Shown here: in pieces, positions 47,369-58,129 of the stretch
Layout of the letters: each line of letters opens with the position of its first letter
How positions within the stretch are numbered: the first letter of the stretch is position 1
NCBI GenBank assembly: GCA_051251995.1
Contig: JBPOFF010000001.1
Coordinates: 355,190 to 419,189 of the forward strand
Direction: 5' to 3'
Source of the DNA: Sulfitobacter sp.
GTDB taxonomy: Bacteria; Pseudomonadota; Alphaproteobacteria; Rhodobacterales; Rhodobacteraceae
DNA: 64,000 nt
Notes under the pieces: model-generated
What the model was told of the DNA's origin: nothing
Seen by the model: the letters and a program-made list of their open reading frames with translations, nothing else
Databases searched by the model: none
Made by a program: the position numbers and the translations under genes

Positions 47369-48553
47369 TTACAACAGCCGCGCGGGCAGTTGGCTTGGGC
47401 CGTGAAACCGGATGCGCCCGCCGCCTTTGCGGCCGGGCAGGATTTCGTAACCGGGATAGCGCTGCAAAAATCGCTGCAAGGCAATGCGTCCCTCCATTCG
47501 GGCCAGAGTCAGACCAACACAGACATGAGGACCGCCAGCAAAGGCAAGGTGGCGGTTGGGATGGCGGGTGATGTCAAATTCCGCTGGGTTATCAAAAACA
47601 TCCGGGTCACGGTTGGCGGCACCAATGCACAGGTGCAGGTTGGTGCCTTTGGGGATATGAACGCCGCCAATTGTGACATCCGCTGTGGTTTCGCGATTGC
47701 CAAACTGGTTTGGAGACCGAAAGCGCAGGACCTCTTCAACGGCTTTGTCGACCAGGGTCGGATCGTTAATAAGCAGTTGTTTCTGCTTTGGATAGTCATG
47801 CAACAGGGCAAGGCCAGAACCAATCAGATTGGTCGTGGTTTCATGGCCAGCGTTAAGGATGAAAATGCAGTTCTGTATCAGCTCAATTTCACTCAACCGC
47901 CCGGTGTCGTCGCCATTGATCAGCCGGGTCAGCACGTCGGTTTCCGGGTCGCCGGGGTGCGCTTTGCGCCGGGCGATCAGGTCTTGCAGGTAGGTTTTGA
48001 ATTCAGTGACAGCGGTGTGGCCACGGGTGAGTTGCGCGTCACTCAAGGTCGGTTCCAACGCGCCGAGGATGGCGAGGCTCCAATCGCGCAGCGGACCGCG
48101 TTCATCCAAGGGGACGTCGAGCAGGTTGCCGATGATCTGGATCGGGATGGTGCTGGCAAAGTTGCCGATTAAGTCAGCATTTTCAGGCATTTGATCAAGA
48201 AGATGATCAACAACGGCAATCAATCCCGGTTCCATCCGCGCCAGCGCCTTGGGGGTCAAAGCGCTGGTCATAATGCGCCGGACGCGGGTGTGCAGAGGCG
48301 GATCGTTGAAGACGAGGCTGGTGGTGTGATGCTCAAAAAGCGGGGTGCCTTGCCCAAATTTCGGGGCAAAGGCGGCGCGTTTGTCGGAGATATAGAGGCT
48401 GGTATCCCGGTAGATCGCGTTCAGATCGGCGTGCTTGCAGATCAGGACAGAACCATCGGGCTGCGGCAACACGGGGGTGTCGCGCAGCAGGCGGTCGTAG
48501 TGCGGGAACGGGTCATCGGTGAAGCCGTCGGGGGGATTTGCGAGGGTGAACAT
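47369..48553 (-). CDS. Cytochrome P450
   Basis: DPP.HTR.R, AGHETT (I helix), EEVLR (ExxR), FAGGPHVCVG heme-thiolate; start MFTLANP at 48553. Confidence 0.96.
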   Translation of the reverse strand: MFTLANPPDGFTDDPFPHYDRLLRDTPVLPQPDGSVLICKHADLNAIYRDTSLYISDKRAAFAPKFGQGTPLFEHHTTSLVFNDPPLHTRVRRIMTSALTPKALARMEPGLIAVVDHLLDQMPENADLIGNFASTIPIQIIGNLLDVPLDERGPLRDWSLAILGALEPTLSDAQLTRGHTAVTEFKTYLQDLIARRKAHPGDPETDVLTRLINGDDTGRLSEIELIQNCIFILNAGHETTTNLIGSGLALLHDYPKQKQLLINDPTLVDKAVEEVLRFRSPNQFGNRETTADVTIGGVHIPKGTNLHLCIGAANRDPDVFDNPAEFDITRHPNRHLAFAGGPHVCVGLTLARMEGRIALQRFLQRYPGYEILPGRKGGGRIRFHGPSQLPARLL

Positions 48554-48616
48554 TCGGCGAATGTTTGGGCGGATTTGGCGGGGAGTCAAATGGGATGTGG
48601 TTTTAGGTGCATGACT

Positions 48617-48697
48617 GGGCAGCGCTTGGACCTTGGGGCTGGTGCGAAGCGCCCTCCCCATGGGGGAGGTCTGGGCGCTGCCCGGCGGTGCCGGGCG
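48617..48697. repeat. GC-rich multi-hairpin REP/MITE-like element
   Basis: GGGCAGCGC(48617)/GCGCTGCCC(48675), CCTCCCC/GGGGAGG, GCCCGGC-GGT-GCCGGGC; only one copy seen in this window. Confidence 0.45.
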
Positions 48698-48709
48698 AAC
48701 AGATTGTTG

Positions 48710-49666
48710 CTAAAATAGATACTCAATCGGAGAATTGATTGACATCAATTCATATTGACCACCGTTTTGCTTCTTAGCTCGCCGATATAAGTGCCCCACG
48801 TCCCAATCCGGAAAGGATGTAATTTCTAAATCAATCGCAAATGAGTGGGCAGAATCTAAAATCTCGTTCCATCCGTAACTCGCGACAAGAAGCACAAAAC
48901 ACCCGGTAATGGCATCTATCGCATTTGCAAGATTTGCTTCCGAAAACTTTGCGTACCGATCATGTTTGGTAGCATTGTACGCTTTGTACCAATCAAGATT
49001 TGAGTTCTCTCCCCAATCAGCAAAGGGTCTGATCGGATTAATCTCAGGAAAGTCACGCAAACGCACTTTGTAACCCGATAGTTGCATCGCCTTTTCAAGT
49101 TTTTGATAGTCGAATATTGCAGTCTCTTTCTTTTTGTATTTGTTCTTCCGTAAAACACCTTTTGCGGTCGCCTCGAACTCAGTTGCAGCGAGGATCATCA
49201 AGTTTCTCGTTTTAGGTCCATAGGCATTAAGGTTATCTGGAGAAGGGTGAATAGACTGAGTTACCACGTCAAACTGACTTAAGATCGATTTGAAGCTGCC
49301 CAAGGCCTGTTTGCATTCTATTTTATCTTCTTCACTGAGGCCATATGCTGTTGGTGGATCCTTAATGTGGTCGGTAGAAGGTCTTGCTATTCGCGGGAAA
49401 TAACAACCTGCGGGAACGTGCGCCTGCACCACTCTTACGTCTCTCCATCTAACTCCACCATTATCGGCACCAAAATCGTTTATCGTTTTTTGAAGCGAAT
49501 CTTTGTTCCACTTCGATGACGTGGGAAAGCTAACGCCTGAGGCTAAAATTAGTCTGAGCGGAACCCTAAATTCGACATCGCCGCTTGAGGATACACTTAC
49601 CCCTCCTACGACTTCATCCTTGTCGCTCAATACAAGATATTCCAGCCTAATTTTCCTTCTACCCAC
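48710..49666 (-). CDS. Orphan AT-richer hypothetical protein with a HEPN-like W..YNxxKHxR motif
   Basis: 318 aa, GTG start after AAGGA; visibly lower GC than neighbours; LDWYKAYNATKHDR...ANL.NAIDA. Confidence 0.8.
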   Translation of the reverse strand: MGRRKIRLEYLVLSDKDEVVGGVSVSSSGDVEFRVPLRLILASGVSFPTSSKWNKDSLQKTINDFGADNGGVRWRDVRVVQAHVPAGCYFPRIARPSTDHIKDPPTAYGLSEEDKIECKQALGSFKSILSQFDVVTQSIHPSPDNLNAYGPKTRNLMILAATEFEATAKGVLRKNKYKKKETAIFDYQKLEKAMQLSGYKVRLRDFPEINPIRPFADWGENSNLDWYKAYNATKHDRYAKFSEANLANAIDAITGCFVLLVASYGWNEILDSAHSFAIDLEITSFPDWDVGHLYRRAKKQNGGQYELMSINSPIEYLF

Positions 49667-49701
49667 ATTCCTTGCTTTTTGGCAAAAGCCTTTTGCCCCC
49701 G

Positions 49702-50631
49702 CTAAGCGGGGTTGTTCAAAACCCCCTCAAACTCCCGCCATTCCCCTTTACTCATCCCGCTATTCTCCTGCGTCACCTCCTCCCCCTTCAACATCCGACG
49801 CACACAGTCCAGCGCGCGTCCGGACATCGTCGCACCGCCCAACCGGTAATCCTCAAACGCGCCATAGGCCGCAGGCACCCAATCGGCGACGACCTTACAA
49901 ATCGCATCGGCATAAACGCGAATTTCATACTGGGCATGGGCATCGGCGCGCAGGCGCAGGAAGTGGAATAGGTTGTGCAGGTCCACTTTCCAGTACCATT
50001 GGGTGTAGATGTTGGAGGGCAGGTTCATGCGGGCGAGTTCCCGGGCCAAACCGTCTTGCGGCTCGCCATCCGGGCCTTGAGTGCCGATCATCGCCTCATA
50101 GTTGTCATAGGCGCGATTGGAATCGGATTTCAGGATTTCTAGCACCCGCGCGGCCTCGGCCCCTTCCAGCACACCACCGCGGCCCTGATTGTTCACCACC
50201 GATTGCGCGTTCACATGTTCGGGTGTGGGGATATAGAATTCGCGATCCAGAATCGAATAGCGGGCGGAGTATTCGTTGACGTTGGCGGTGCGGTGGCGAA
50301 TCCACTGGCGGGCCACGAACACCGGCAGCTTGACGTGCAGCTTTATCTCGCACATCTCAAACGGGGTCGAATGCCAGTGGCGCATCAGATAGCGGATCAA
50401 CCCTTCGTCGTTTTGCACCGACTTTGTGCCTTTGCCATAAGACACCCGCGCCGCCTGACAGATCGCGGCATCGTCGCCCATATAATCAATGACACGCACA
50501 AATCCGTGGTCAAGCACGGGGAGCGCTTTGTACAGATGCTGTTCCATCCCGTCACTGACCGCGCGCAGGGTCTGGCGCGGCTCTGCGCGCTGCGCGTCGA
50601 TTTCGGCTTGTTGGTCAGAAGAAAGAGGCAT
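49702..50631 (-). CDS. thyX: FAD-dependent thymidylate synthase
   Basis: [49 protein letters not shown]; start MPLSS at 50631. Confidence 0.98.
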   Translation of the reverse strand: MPLSSDQQAEIDAQRAEPRQTLRAVSDGMEQHLYKALPVLDHGFVRVIDYMGDDAAICQAARVSYGKGTKSVQNDEGLIRYLMRHWHSTPFEMCEIKLHVKLPVFVARQWIRHRTANVNEYSARYSILDREFYIPTPEHVNAQSVVNNQGRGGVLEGAEAARVLEILKSDSNRAYDNYEAMIGTQGPDGEPQDGLARELARMNLPSNIYTQWYWKVDLHNLFHFLRLRADAHAQYEIRVYADAICKVVADWVPAAYGAFEDYRLGGATMSGRALDCVRRMLKGEEVTQENSGMSKGEWREFEGVLNNPA

Positions 50632-50842
50632 GTGCGGCGTCCTTGGTTGTGTTTTTTGGGGTCGGGATTCGCATTTCACTATATCTGCGCAAAATCGCCT
50701 GAGGAACCGCGATATGCGGTATTGCGTTTGGGATGCACTTTTTAGGTTAGTTTCCGGCACTCCGCATGGATCGTTGACAACCTACGGGTCCGTTTGTGAC
50801 TGTGGGCAAAACAGAACAAACGACAATTGAGGGCAGATTATC

Positions 50843-51784
50843 ATGACACGTCTTTGGATGGGCCTTGCGCTTGGGATCAGCCTTTCGGCTTGCGGCAGCG
50901 GCACGGCACCTTTTGGTGGTACGACAACCCAAACCGATGGATCGGGCGGCGGCACGGCGGGTGCCATTCCCGCAGCCTTGGCCGGAACCGTGGACAGTTT
51001 CACCTATAACCCAAACAGCCAGACGCTTTCGATCCAAGGGGTTGAGGGCGATAACAATGCTTTGAATGGCGCGTATCGCCGCCGTCCCGGCCTCGACCGT
51101 GTGGGGTATCAGGCTTATACGGCACAGGATGCGTCCAATGGTCGGCACAGCACGGTATATGTGCGTGATATTGATGGCACCCGTGCAGCCGTAGTGGCAA
51201 CCGGTGTGCAATATCAAAACCTGTATGCTGGCGGTGCCTATTCCAACACCTCCTACACCCCGCGCGTCCAACCGGGGAGCAATGAACCAGACAGCGGTTT
51301 GGTCTATTATACCGGGCATTATGTTGGCCTCCTGAATGGGCCGGGCTCAAGTGAGGATTTGACACCACCAAATAACGGCGAGTCGCCTTCTGTAACCACA
51401 GTTCAGGCCGCTGAAATCACCGGTGACATGCAGATGACCGCGGATTTTGCCACGCTGAATGTGGATGGTATTATTTATAACCGTCGGTTGGTCGATTTTG
51501 CGGATCCCGCGACCCCGACTGTGCCTGCAGCCCTTGCCGACATTGCGTTGCAAGGCACCACAATTGCGGCTGATGGCACATTCTTGGGCGTTGCGGAACA
51601 GCAAAACCAAGCCCGTGGAGAGTATGGCGGCATCTTTGGTGGCACCGGTGCCACGGCAGTTGCTGGTATCGTGCACGTCGAGGACCATATCGACAACCTG
51701 ACAAACGAAGAGGAATACGGCGTCTTTGTTTTGGGAGAATGCGTGCCACCGCTGTCAGGGCCCGACTGTAACTTGACACCGTAA
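50843..51784 (+). CDS. Lipoprotein with a TbpB-like C-terminal barrel (putative Slam/T11SS cargo)
   Basis: Lipobox LSAC17, Gly/Ser/Thr tether, C-terminal ADF...G.I and YGG.FGG.GA..VAG barrel pattern. Confidence 0.75.
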   Translation: MTRLWMGLALGISLSACGSGTAPFGGTTTQTDGSGGGTAGAIPAALAGTVDSFTYNPNSQTLSIQGVEGDNNALNGAYRRRPGLDRVGYQAYTAQDASNGRHSTVYVRDIDGTRAAVVATGVQYQNLYAGGAYSNTSYTPRVQPGSNEPDSGLVYYTGHYVGLLNGPGSSEDLTPPNNGESPSVTTVQAAEITGDMQMTADFATLNVDGIIYNRRLVDFADPATPTVPAALADIALQGTTIAADGTFLGVAEQQNQARGEYGGIFGGTGATAVAGIVHVEDHIDNLTNEEEYGVFVLGECVPPLSGPDCNLTP

Positions 51785-51795
51785 GGATCTGGCGC

Positions 51796-53214
51796 GTGCA
51801 ATTTGCGCGAGATATCCCAAAAGTCGCTTATGCTGCTGTTTGTGCGGTCGTTTGCTTGGTCCCGGTTATCGCCGGGGGCCAACAAATTGCACCTTCTAAC
51901 CCTGCTGAGCGCACGGAAATCACCCTGCCCGAAGCCCGCCAAATTGCCACACATGCACTGGCCTCGCGGCAACCGGAGCTGGCGTATCAACTGGCCAAGG
52001 GGTTGTTGCAGGCCGATCCAAAATCATCTTTTGCCCATTTTGTTCTGGCACGGGCGCAAGGCCAGCTCGGCCAAACAAACGAGGCGCGCAAATCAGCGGC
52101 ACGGGCGTACCGCTTTGCCGACACCAAGCTGCACAAGTTTGAAGCCGCTGAACTGGCCGCGCGACTGTCCTATGCGGACAACCGCCCGACCCTGACACAA
52201 CTCTGGCTGCGCCGTGCGGTACAAAATGCACCTGACAAAAAGGTCGAGGCACAACTGGGGCGTGATTTTGGCCGGGTGCGGGCAGAAAATCCGTTTTCGT
52301 TTTCGTTGCGCGGCGGTGTGCGCCCCTCAACCAACGTTAACAATGGCGCGGACACGGCGGTGCAAACCATCGACGGGTCCCCCATTGTTGGTACCTTAAG
52401 CGGCAGCGCGCAGGCGCTCAGCGGGATGATCGGCCATGTCGATGCCAGCATGCGATACCGCTTGCGCGGCACCAAACGCAGCAGGACGGACATCAGCGCA
52501 CGGCTTTATGTACAGCGTGTGGCGCTTTCCAGTGGTGCACGACGGTTGGCCACAACCACGTCAAATGGTGACTTTGGCAGCACATTTGCTGAGGTCAGCG
52601 CAAATCACACTTTTGCAATTGGCGACAGCGGCAACAGCGGCGATCTGGACGTGGCGATTGGGCAATATTGGTCCGGTGGCGATCCTTATTACAGTTTTGC
52701 GCGGCTAGAGGCGGGACGCAATTGGCGGTTGGGCGATCGGACCCGGTTTTCTTTGCGCGGCACCTTTGAAGTCCGAAATTCGGATCAGTCGTCGTTTTTC
52801 GACAGCACTGTGACTGGCCTGAGCGCAGGTGTGCAACACAAGCTTGAAGGTGGTGACCAGATCAACCTGTCGCTGAGCCTGCGTCAAACGGACAGCGATT
52901 TTTCCAATGCGCGCAATCTGTCCACTACCCTTGCGGCAAACTACTCTTTTGCTGATCAAATTGGTCCTGCCAAAGTATCTGCTGGTGTGGTCTTGGGGCT
53001 GGCTGACTATGCTGATTTTCGCGCCTTGTTTCACCCCAGCGTGGGGCGCGAGGACAAATCAGTCTATGCGGATGTGAATTTCTTCTTTCCTGATGTTGAT
53101 TACGCCGGATTTGCCCCCACAGTGCGGGTGCGCGCAGGCCGGAAATATTCAAACATCAGCCGCTATGACACCCGCGAACTGTCTGTCTCCTTGGGCATAC
53201 AATCAAAATTCTGA
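51796..53214 (+). CDS. Slam/DUF560-like outer-membrane protein (TPR plus beta-barrel)
   Basis: Signal peptide, TPR-like helical N-half, SxNVNNG barrel entry, alternating strands, ends SNI.RYD...GIQSKF with terminal Phe. Confidence 0.8.
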   Translation: MQFARDIPKVAYAAVCAVVCLVPVIAGGQQIAPSNPAERTEITLPEARQIATHALASRQPELAYQLAKGLLQADPKSSFAHFVLARAQGQLGQTNEARKSAARAYRFADTKLHKFEAAELAARLSYADNRPTLTQLWLRRAVQNAPDKKVEAQLGRDFGRVRAENPFSFSLRGGVRPSTNVNNGADTAVQTIDGSPIVGTLSGSAQALSGMIGHVDASMRYRLRGTKRSRTDISARLYVQRVALSSGARRLATTTSNGDFGSTFAEVSANHTFAIGDSGNSGDLDVAIGQYWSGGDPYYSFARLEAGRNWRLGDRTRFSLRGTFEVRNSDQSSFFDSTVTGLSAGVQHKLEGGDQINLSLSLRQTDSDFSNARNLSTTLAANYSFADQIGPAKVSAGVVLGLADYADFRALFHPSVGREDKSVYADVNFFFPDVDYAGFAPTVRVRAGRKYSNISRYDTRELSVSLGIQSKF

Positions 53215-53280
53215 GAGCCGCTGGCATCGCCGCTCCTTCATGCTAGTTTGCTGTCAGCAGAATGCAAAAAGGAAACCAGC

Positions 53281-53715
53281 ATGCCAACAAAATATTTGCA
53301 CACTATGGTCCGTGTCAAAGACCTTGAGAAATCTATTAAATTCTACGAGATGCTCGGCCTAAAGGAACGCCGCCGCATGGAAAATGAGGGCGGCCGGTTC
53401 ACACTGGTATTTCTATGCCCCCCCGATCAAGACGACGGCCATGCCGATGTTGAACTGACCTATAACTGGGACGGTGACGATGGGCTGCCCAGCGATGGCC
53501 GCCATTTTGGCCATCTCGCCTACACGGTCGAAAACATCTATAAGATGTGCCAAAAGTTGCAGGACAATGGCGTGACCATCAACCGTCCCCCCCGCGACGG
53601 GCATATGGCGTTTGTGCGTTCGCCCGACAATATCTCTATCGAATTGCTACAAGAAGGTGACCGGCTTGCCCCGGCTGAGCCATGGGCAAGCATGGAAAAC
53701 ACCGGACATTGGTGA
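53281..53715 (+). CDS. gloA: Lactoylglutathione lyase (glyoxalase I)
   Basis: YLHTMVRV.DL, ELTYNWD, FGHLAY.V, AFVRSPD.ISIEL. Confidence 0.9.
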   Translation: MPTKYLHTMVRVKDLEKSIKFYEMLGLKERRRMENEGGRFTLVFLCPPDQDDGHADVELTYNWDGDDGLPSDGRHFGHLAYTVENIYKMCQKLQDNGVTINRPPRDGHMAFVRSPDNISIELLQEGDRLAPAEPWASMENTGHW

Positions 53716-54425
53716 TGCGATATGCCTGTGCCGCGACGCTGGCCCTTGGGCTGGTGCCCGCAGCGGGACAGGCAAATTGCAGATTGGCCTTGGTGCTGGC
53801 CATTGATGTGTCCAGTTCCGTTGACGCGGTTGAGGATCAATTGCAACGGGGCGGCATTGTTGCCGCCCTGATTTCACCCAAAGTTGAAGCAGCGTTTTTT
53901 GCAGCGGATCAATCTGTTGCACTGGCGGTTTATGAATGGTCAGGGCGTTACAACCAGCAAATACTGCTGGATTGGACATTGATCGACAACCGCCGCACCT
54001 TGGTTGAAGTGGCGGAAAAGATCGCACAAAGCACCCGTGGCCATAGCAATTACCCAACCGCAATGGGTTATGCGCTTGGCTTTGGGGCCAATCTGTTGGA
54101 ACGCGCGCCCACCTGTTTGAAACAAACCATCGACATCGCGGGAGATGGCCAAAACAACGAGGGATTTGAACCTGTCGTTGCCTACCGCGAGTTTCCATTT
54201 TCCGAGGTGACAGTGAATGGATTGGTGGTGAATGCCGCTGACTTCGAAGGTGAGGTTGGTCTTATTGCCTATTATCAAAGTCAGCTTCTGCATGGGCCTG
54301 GTGCCTTTATGGTGATTGCGAACGGGTTTGAGGATTATGAACGTGCCATGCGGATCAAACTGGAACGTGAATTGACGCCGCCCACCATCGGCATCCTCAC
54401 CCCACATTCGCAAGACGCAGGATGA
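53712..54425 (+). CDS. DUF1194 (vWA-like) exported protein
   Basis: Signal peptide; C.LALVLAIDVSSSVD (MIDAS-like DxSxS), IDIAGDG.NN, VNGL. Confidence 0.85.
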   Translation: MMRYACAATLALGLVPAAGQANCRLALVLAIDVSSSVDAVEDQLQRGGIVAALISPKVEAAFFAADQSVALAVYEWSGRYNQQILLDWTLIDNRRTLVEVAEKIAQSTRGHSNYPTAMGYALGFGANLLERAPTCLKQTIDIAGDGQNNEGFEPVVAYREFPFSEVTVNGLVVNAADFEGEVGLIAYYQSQLLHGPGAFMVIANGFEDYERAMRIKLERELTPPTIGILTPHSQDAG

Positions 54426-55138
54426 TCCGAGCGGCAACAGTGGTCTTGGCTTTGATTTTGCCAGCCCCCCTTTTCGCTCAGGATTGCAGGCAGGCTTTGG
54501 CTTTGGGATTAGATGTCTCGGGGTCGGTCGACGCCCGCGAATACCGTTTGCAAATGGGCGGTGTGGCGACAGCACTGGACGCGCCGGATGTGCGCGCAAA
54601 ACTGCTCTCCCTACCTGAGGCCCCGGTCATGTTGATGATATATGAATGGAGTGGCCCCAACGATCAGGCGGTGATCCTACCCTGGACCCGGATTGAAACG
54701 GATGTCAGCATCGACAGTGTCATCGAAACCCTGCGCCAGACCCAGCGACGCGATGCAACGCCGGGTACAGCACTGGGTGTTGCGATGCGCGTGGGTCAGA
54801 TATTTTTGGCCCAGCAACCTGATTGCTGGAAACACACGCTGGATATTTCCGGTGATGGCAAATCTAACCTTGGCCCCCGCCCCCGCGACCTGCGCACCCG
54901 GATCGAGGCCAGCGGCATCACCATCAATGGACTGGTGATCGGCGTTGATGACCCCAACATCGGTGACATTCGCCAAGCGGAAATTGGCGAACTGTCCTCT
55001 TATTATCGGTCCGAAGTCATTGTCGGCCCGGACGCCTTTGTGATGACAGCCATCGGGTTTAACGATTACGCACGCGCAATGACCCAAAAACTGCTGAGAG
55101 AACTGGAAACCTTGGTTTTTTCGGAACTACGTCCTTAG
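54422..55138 (+). CDS. DUF1194 (vWA-like) exported protein, tandem paralog
   Basis: C.QALALGLDVSGSVD, LDISGDG.SN, INGL. Confidence 0.85.
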   Translation: MIRAATVVLALILPAPLFAQDCRQALALGLDVSGSVDAREYRLQMGGVATALDAPDVRAKLLSLPEAPVMLMIYEWSGPNDQAVILPWTRIETDVSIDSVIETLRQTQRRDATPGTALGVAMRVGQIFLAQQPDCWKHTLDISGDGKSNLGPRPRDLRTRIEASGITINGLVIGVDDPNIGDIRQAEIGELSSYYRSEVIVGPDAFVMTAIGFNDYARAMTQKLLRELETLVFSELRP

Positions 55139-55148
55139 GGTCAGGACC

Positions 55149-55649
55149 CTAATAGATGTAACGAATTTGGTCAGTCCAATACCGTTCCATCCGTTTGAGC
55201 GAGGATGTAATATCCGCAATCCCCTCATGCCCCAACACGCCCTTGTTTTCCAACCCTTCGGCGTGGCGGGCAAAAAGCTCTGAAACAACATCACGAACAT
55301 GCCGGCCTTTTTCGGTCAGACGCACCCGCACCGATCTGCGGTCAATTTCGCAGCGTTGGTGATGCATATAGCCCATTTCGACCAATTTTTTCAGATTATA
55401 GCTGACGTTGCTCCCCTGATAGTATCCCCGGCTTTTCAATTCGCCAGCGGTCACTTCGTTATCCCCGATGTTGAACAAAAGCAGCGCCTGTACTGCGTTG
55501 ATCTCTAACACGTTGACTCGTTCAAATTCATCCTTGATCACGTCCAACAACAATCGGTGCAGGCGTTCGACCAGCGACAGCGCCTCCAGATATCCGACCA
55601 TAAAACCCTTGTCGTTCAGGGTTGGGACAAAGGGTTCTTGTATGCTCAT
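55149..55649 (-). CDS. MarR family regulator, LdtR-like
   Basis: ERLHRLLLDVIKDEF, INAVQALLLFNIG, RGYY.GSNVSYNLKKL, DRRSVR..LT.KG. Confidence 0.88.
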   Translation of the reverse strand: MSIQEPFVPTLNDKGFMVGYLEALSLVERLHRLLLDVIKDEFERVNVLEINAVQALLLFNIGDNEVTAGELKSRGYYQGSNVSYNLKKLVEMGYMHHQRCEIDRRSVRVRLTEKGRHVRDVVSELFARHAEGLENKGVLGHEGIADITSSLKRMERYWTDQIRYIY

Positions 55650-55723
55650 TCTATACTCTCCGACTCGTTTGATTGAGAAGGAAAGTGACGAATAAAACAG
55701 AATATTTCGTTAAACCTGAAACA

Positions 55724-55982
55724 TCAGTCCGCAGTGTTAGCAATATGGTTCTGAATATCGGCAATCAGCGCGCCATAAGGGTCGGGCGTTTCGACCTGCC
55801 GCGTGATCCATTGATACAGGTCATGATCATTCTCGCTGAGCATGGCATCATAAAGCGTCAGCGTCGTGTCATCCATCTGATCCAACCGATCCGAGGCATA
55901 AACCGTCAGGATCAAATCCATTTCTTTAATGCCGCGCCGGATCGACCGCATATAAAGCCGTTTGACCCGATGCTCTGGTGTT

Positions 55983-55990
<8 letters not shown>
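55724..55990 (-). CDS. sdhE: Succinate dehydrogenase flavinylation factor
   Basis: KRL..RS.RRG.KEMDLIL, L.E.D.DLY.W. Confidence 0.92.
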
Positions 55991-57677
<1,687 letters not shown>

Positions 57678-57690
57678 CAAGGGTTGGTGT

Positions 57691-58092
57691 ATGGCAGGTG
57701 AGTTACCGGAATATTATTTTAGGGTCCGTGAAAACGGCGCTGCTGTGTTCCGCGTGGATACCGAAAACCGCCAGCGTCGGATCGAGATGGACCAGATCGC
57801 CGTGGTCAACATCCGTAACGGAGAGATCAAGCCGCAAGGTGACCGCACCCTGTCCGAAGAAGACCGCGCCACCATTGACACTTGGATGCAAGAGCGGCTT
57901 CAGGTGCTTGCCCACCGCGACATCGACGATATTTACCGCGCCGTTGATTACATGAATCTGACCACACAATGGGTGCAGTCAAAGGCAACTGATGAACAAC
58001 TTGATGCGGTCACCGATGCCCTTTTGTTGGCCATGCACGATCTGCGCAGCACCTTGGTGCGTAAAAAGGCGGATCGGCTGCTTAAAGGGTGA
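57691..58092 (+). CDS. Conserved hypothetical protein
   Basis: 133 aa ORF with host-like codon use directly after the aminotransferase; YYFRVRENGA.VFRVD.ENRQRR. Confidence 0.8.
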   Translation: MAGELPEYYFRVRENGAAVFRVDTENRQRRIEMDQIAVVNIRNGEIKPQGDRTLSEEDRATIDTWMQERLQVLAHRDIDDIYRAVDYMNLTTQWVQSKATDEQLDAVTDALLLAMHDLRSTLVRKKADRLLKG

Positions 58093-58129
58093 GTTTTGCC
58101 GCCACATGCGTTGACGGTGTGAGGCAGCT

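Noticed and set aside
47327-48172. 281-aa plus-strand ORF
   Set aside because: Antisense shadow of the P450.
49503-50279. 258-aa Pro/Arg-rich plus-strand ORF
   Set aside because: Antisense to thyX and the orphan gene; low-complexity artefact.
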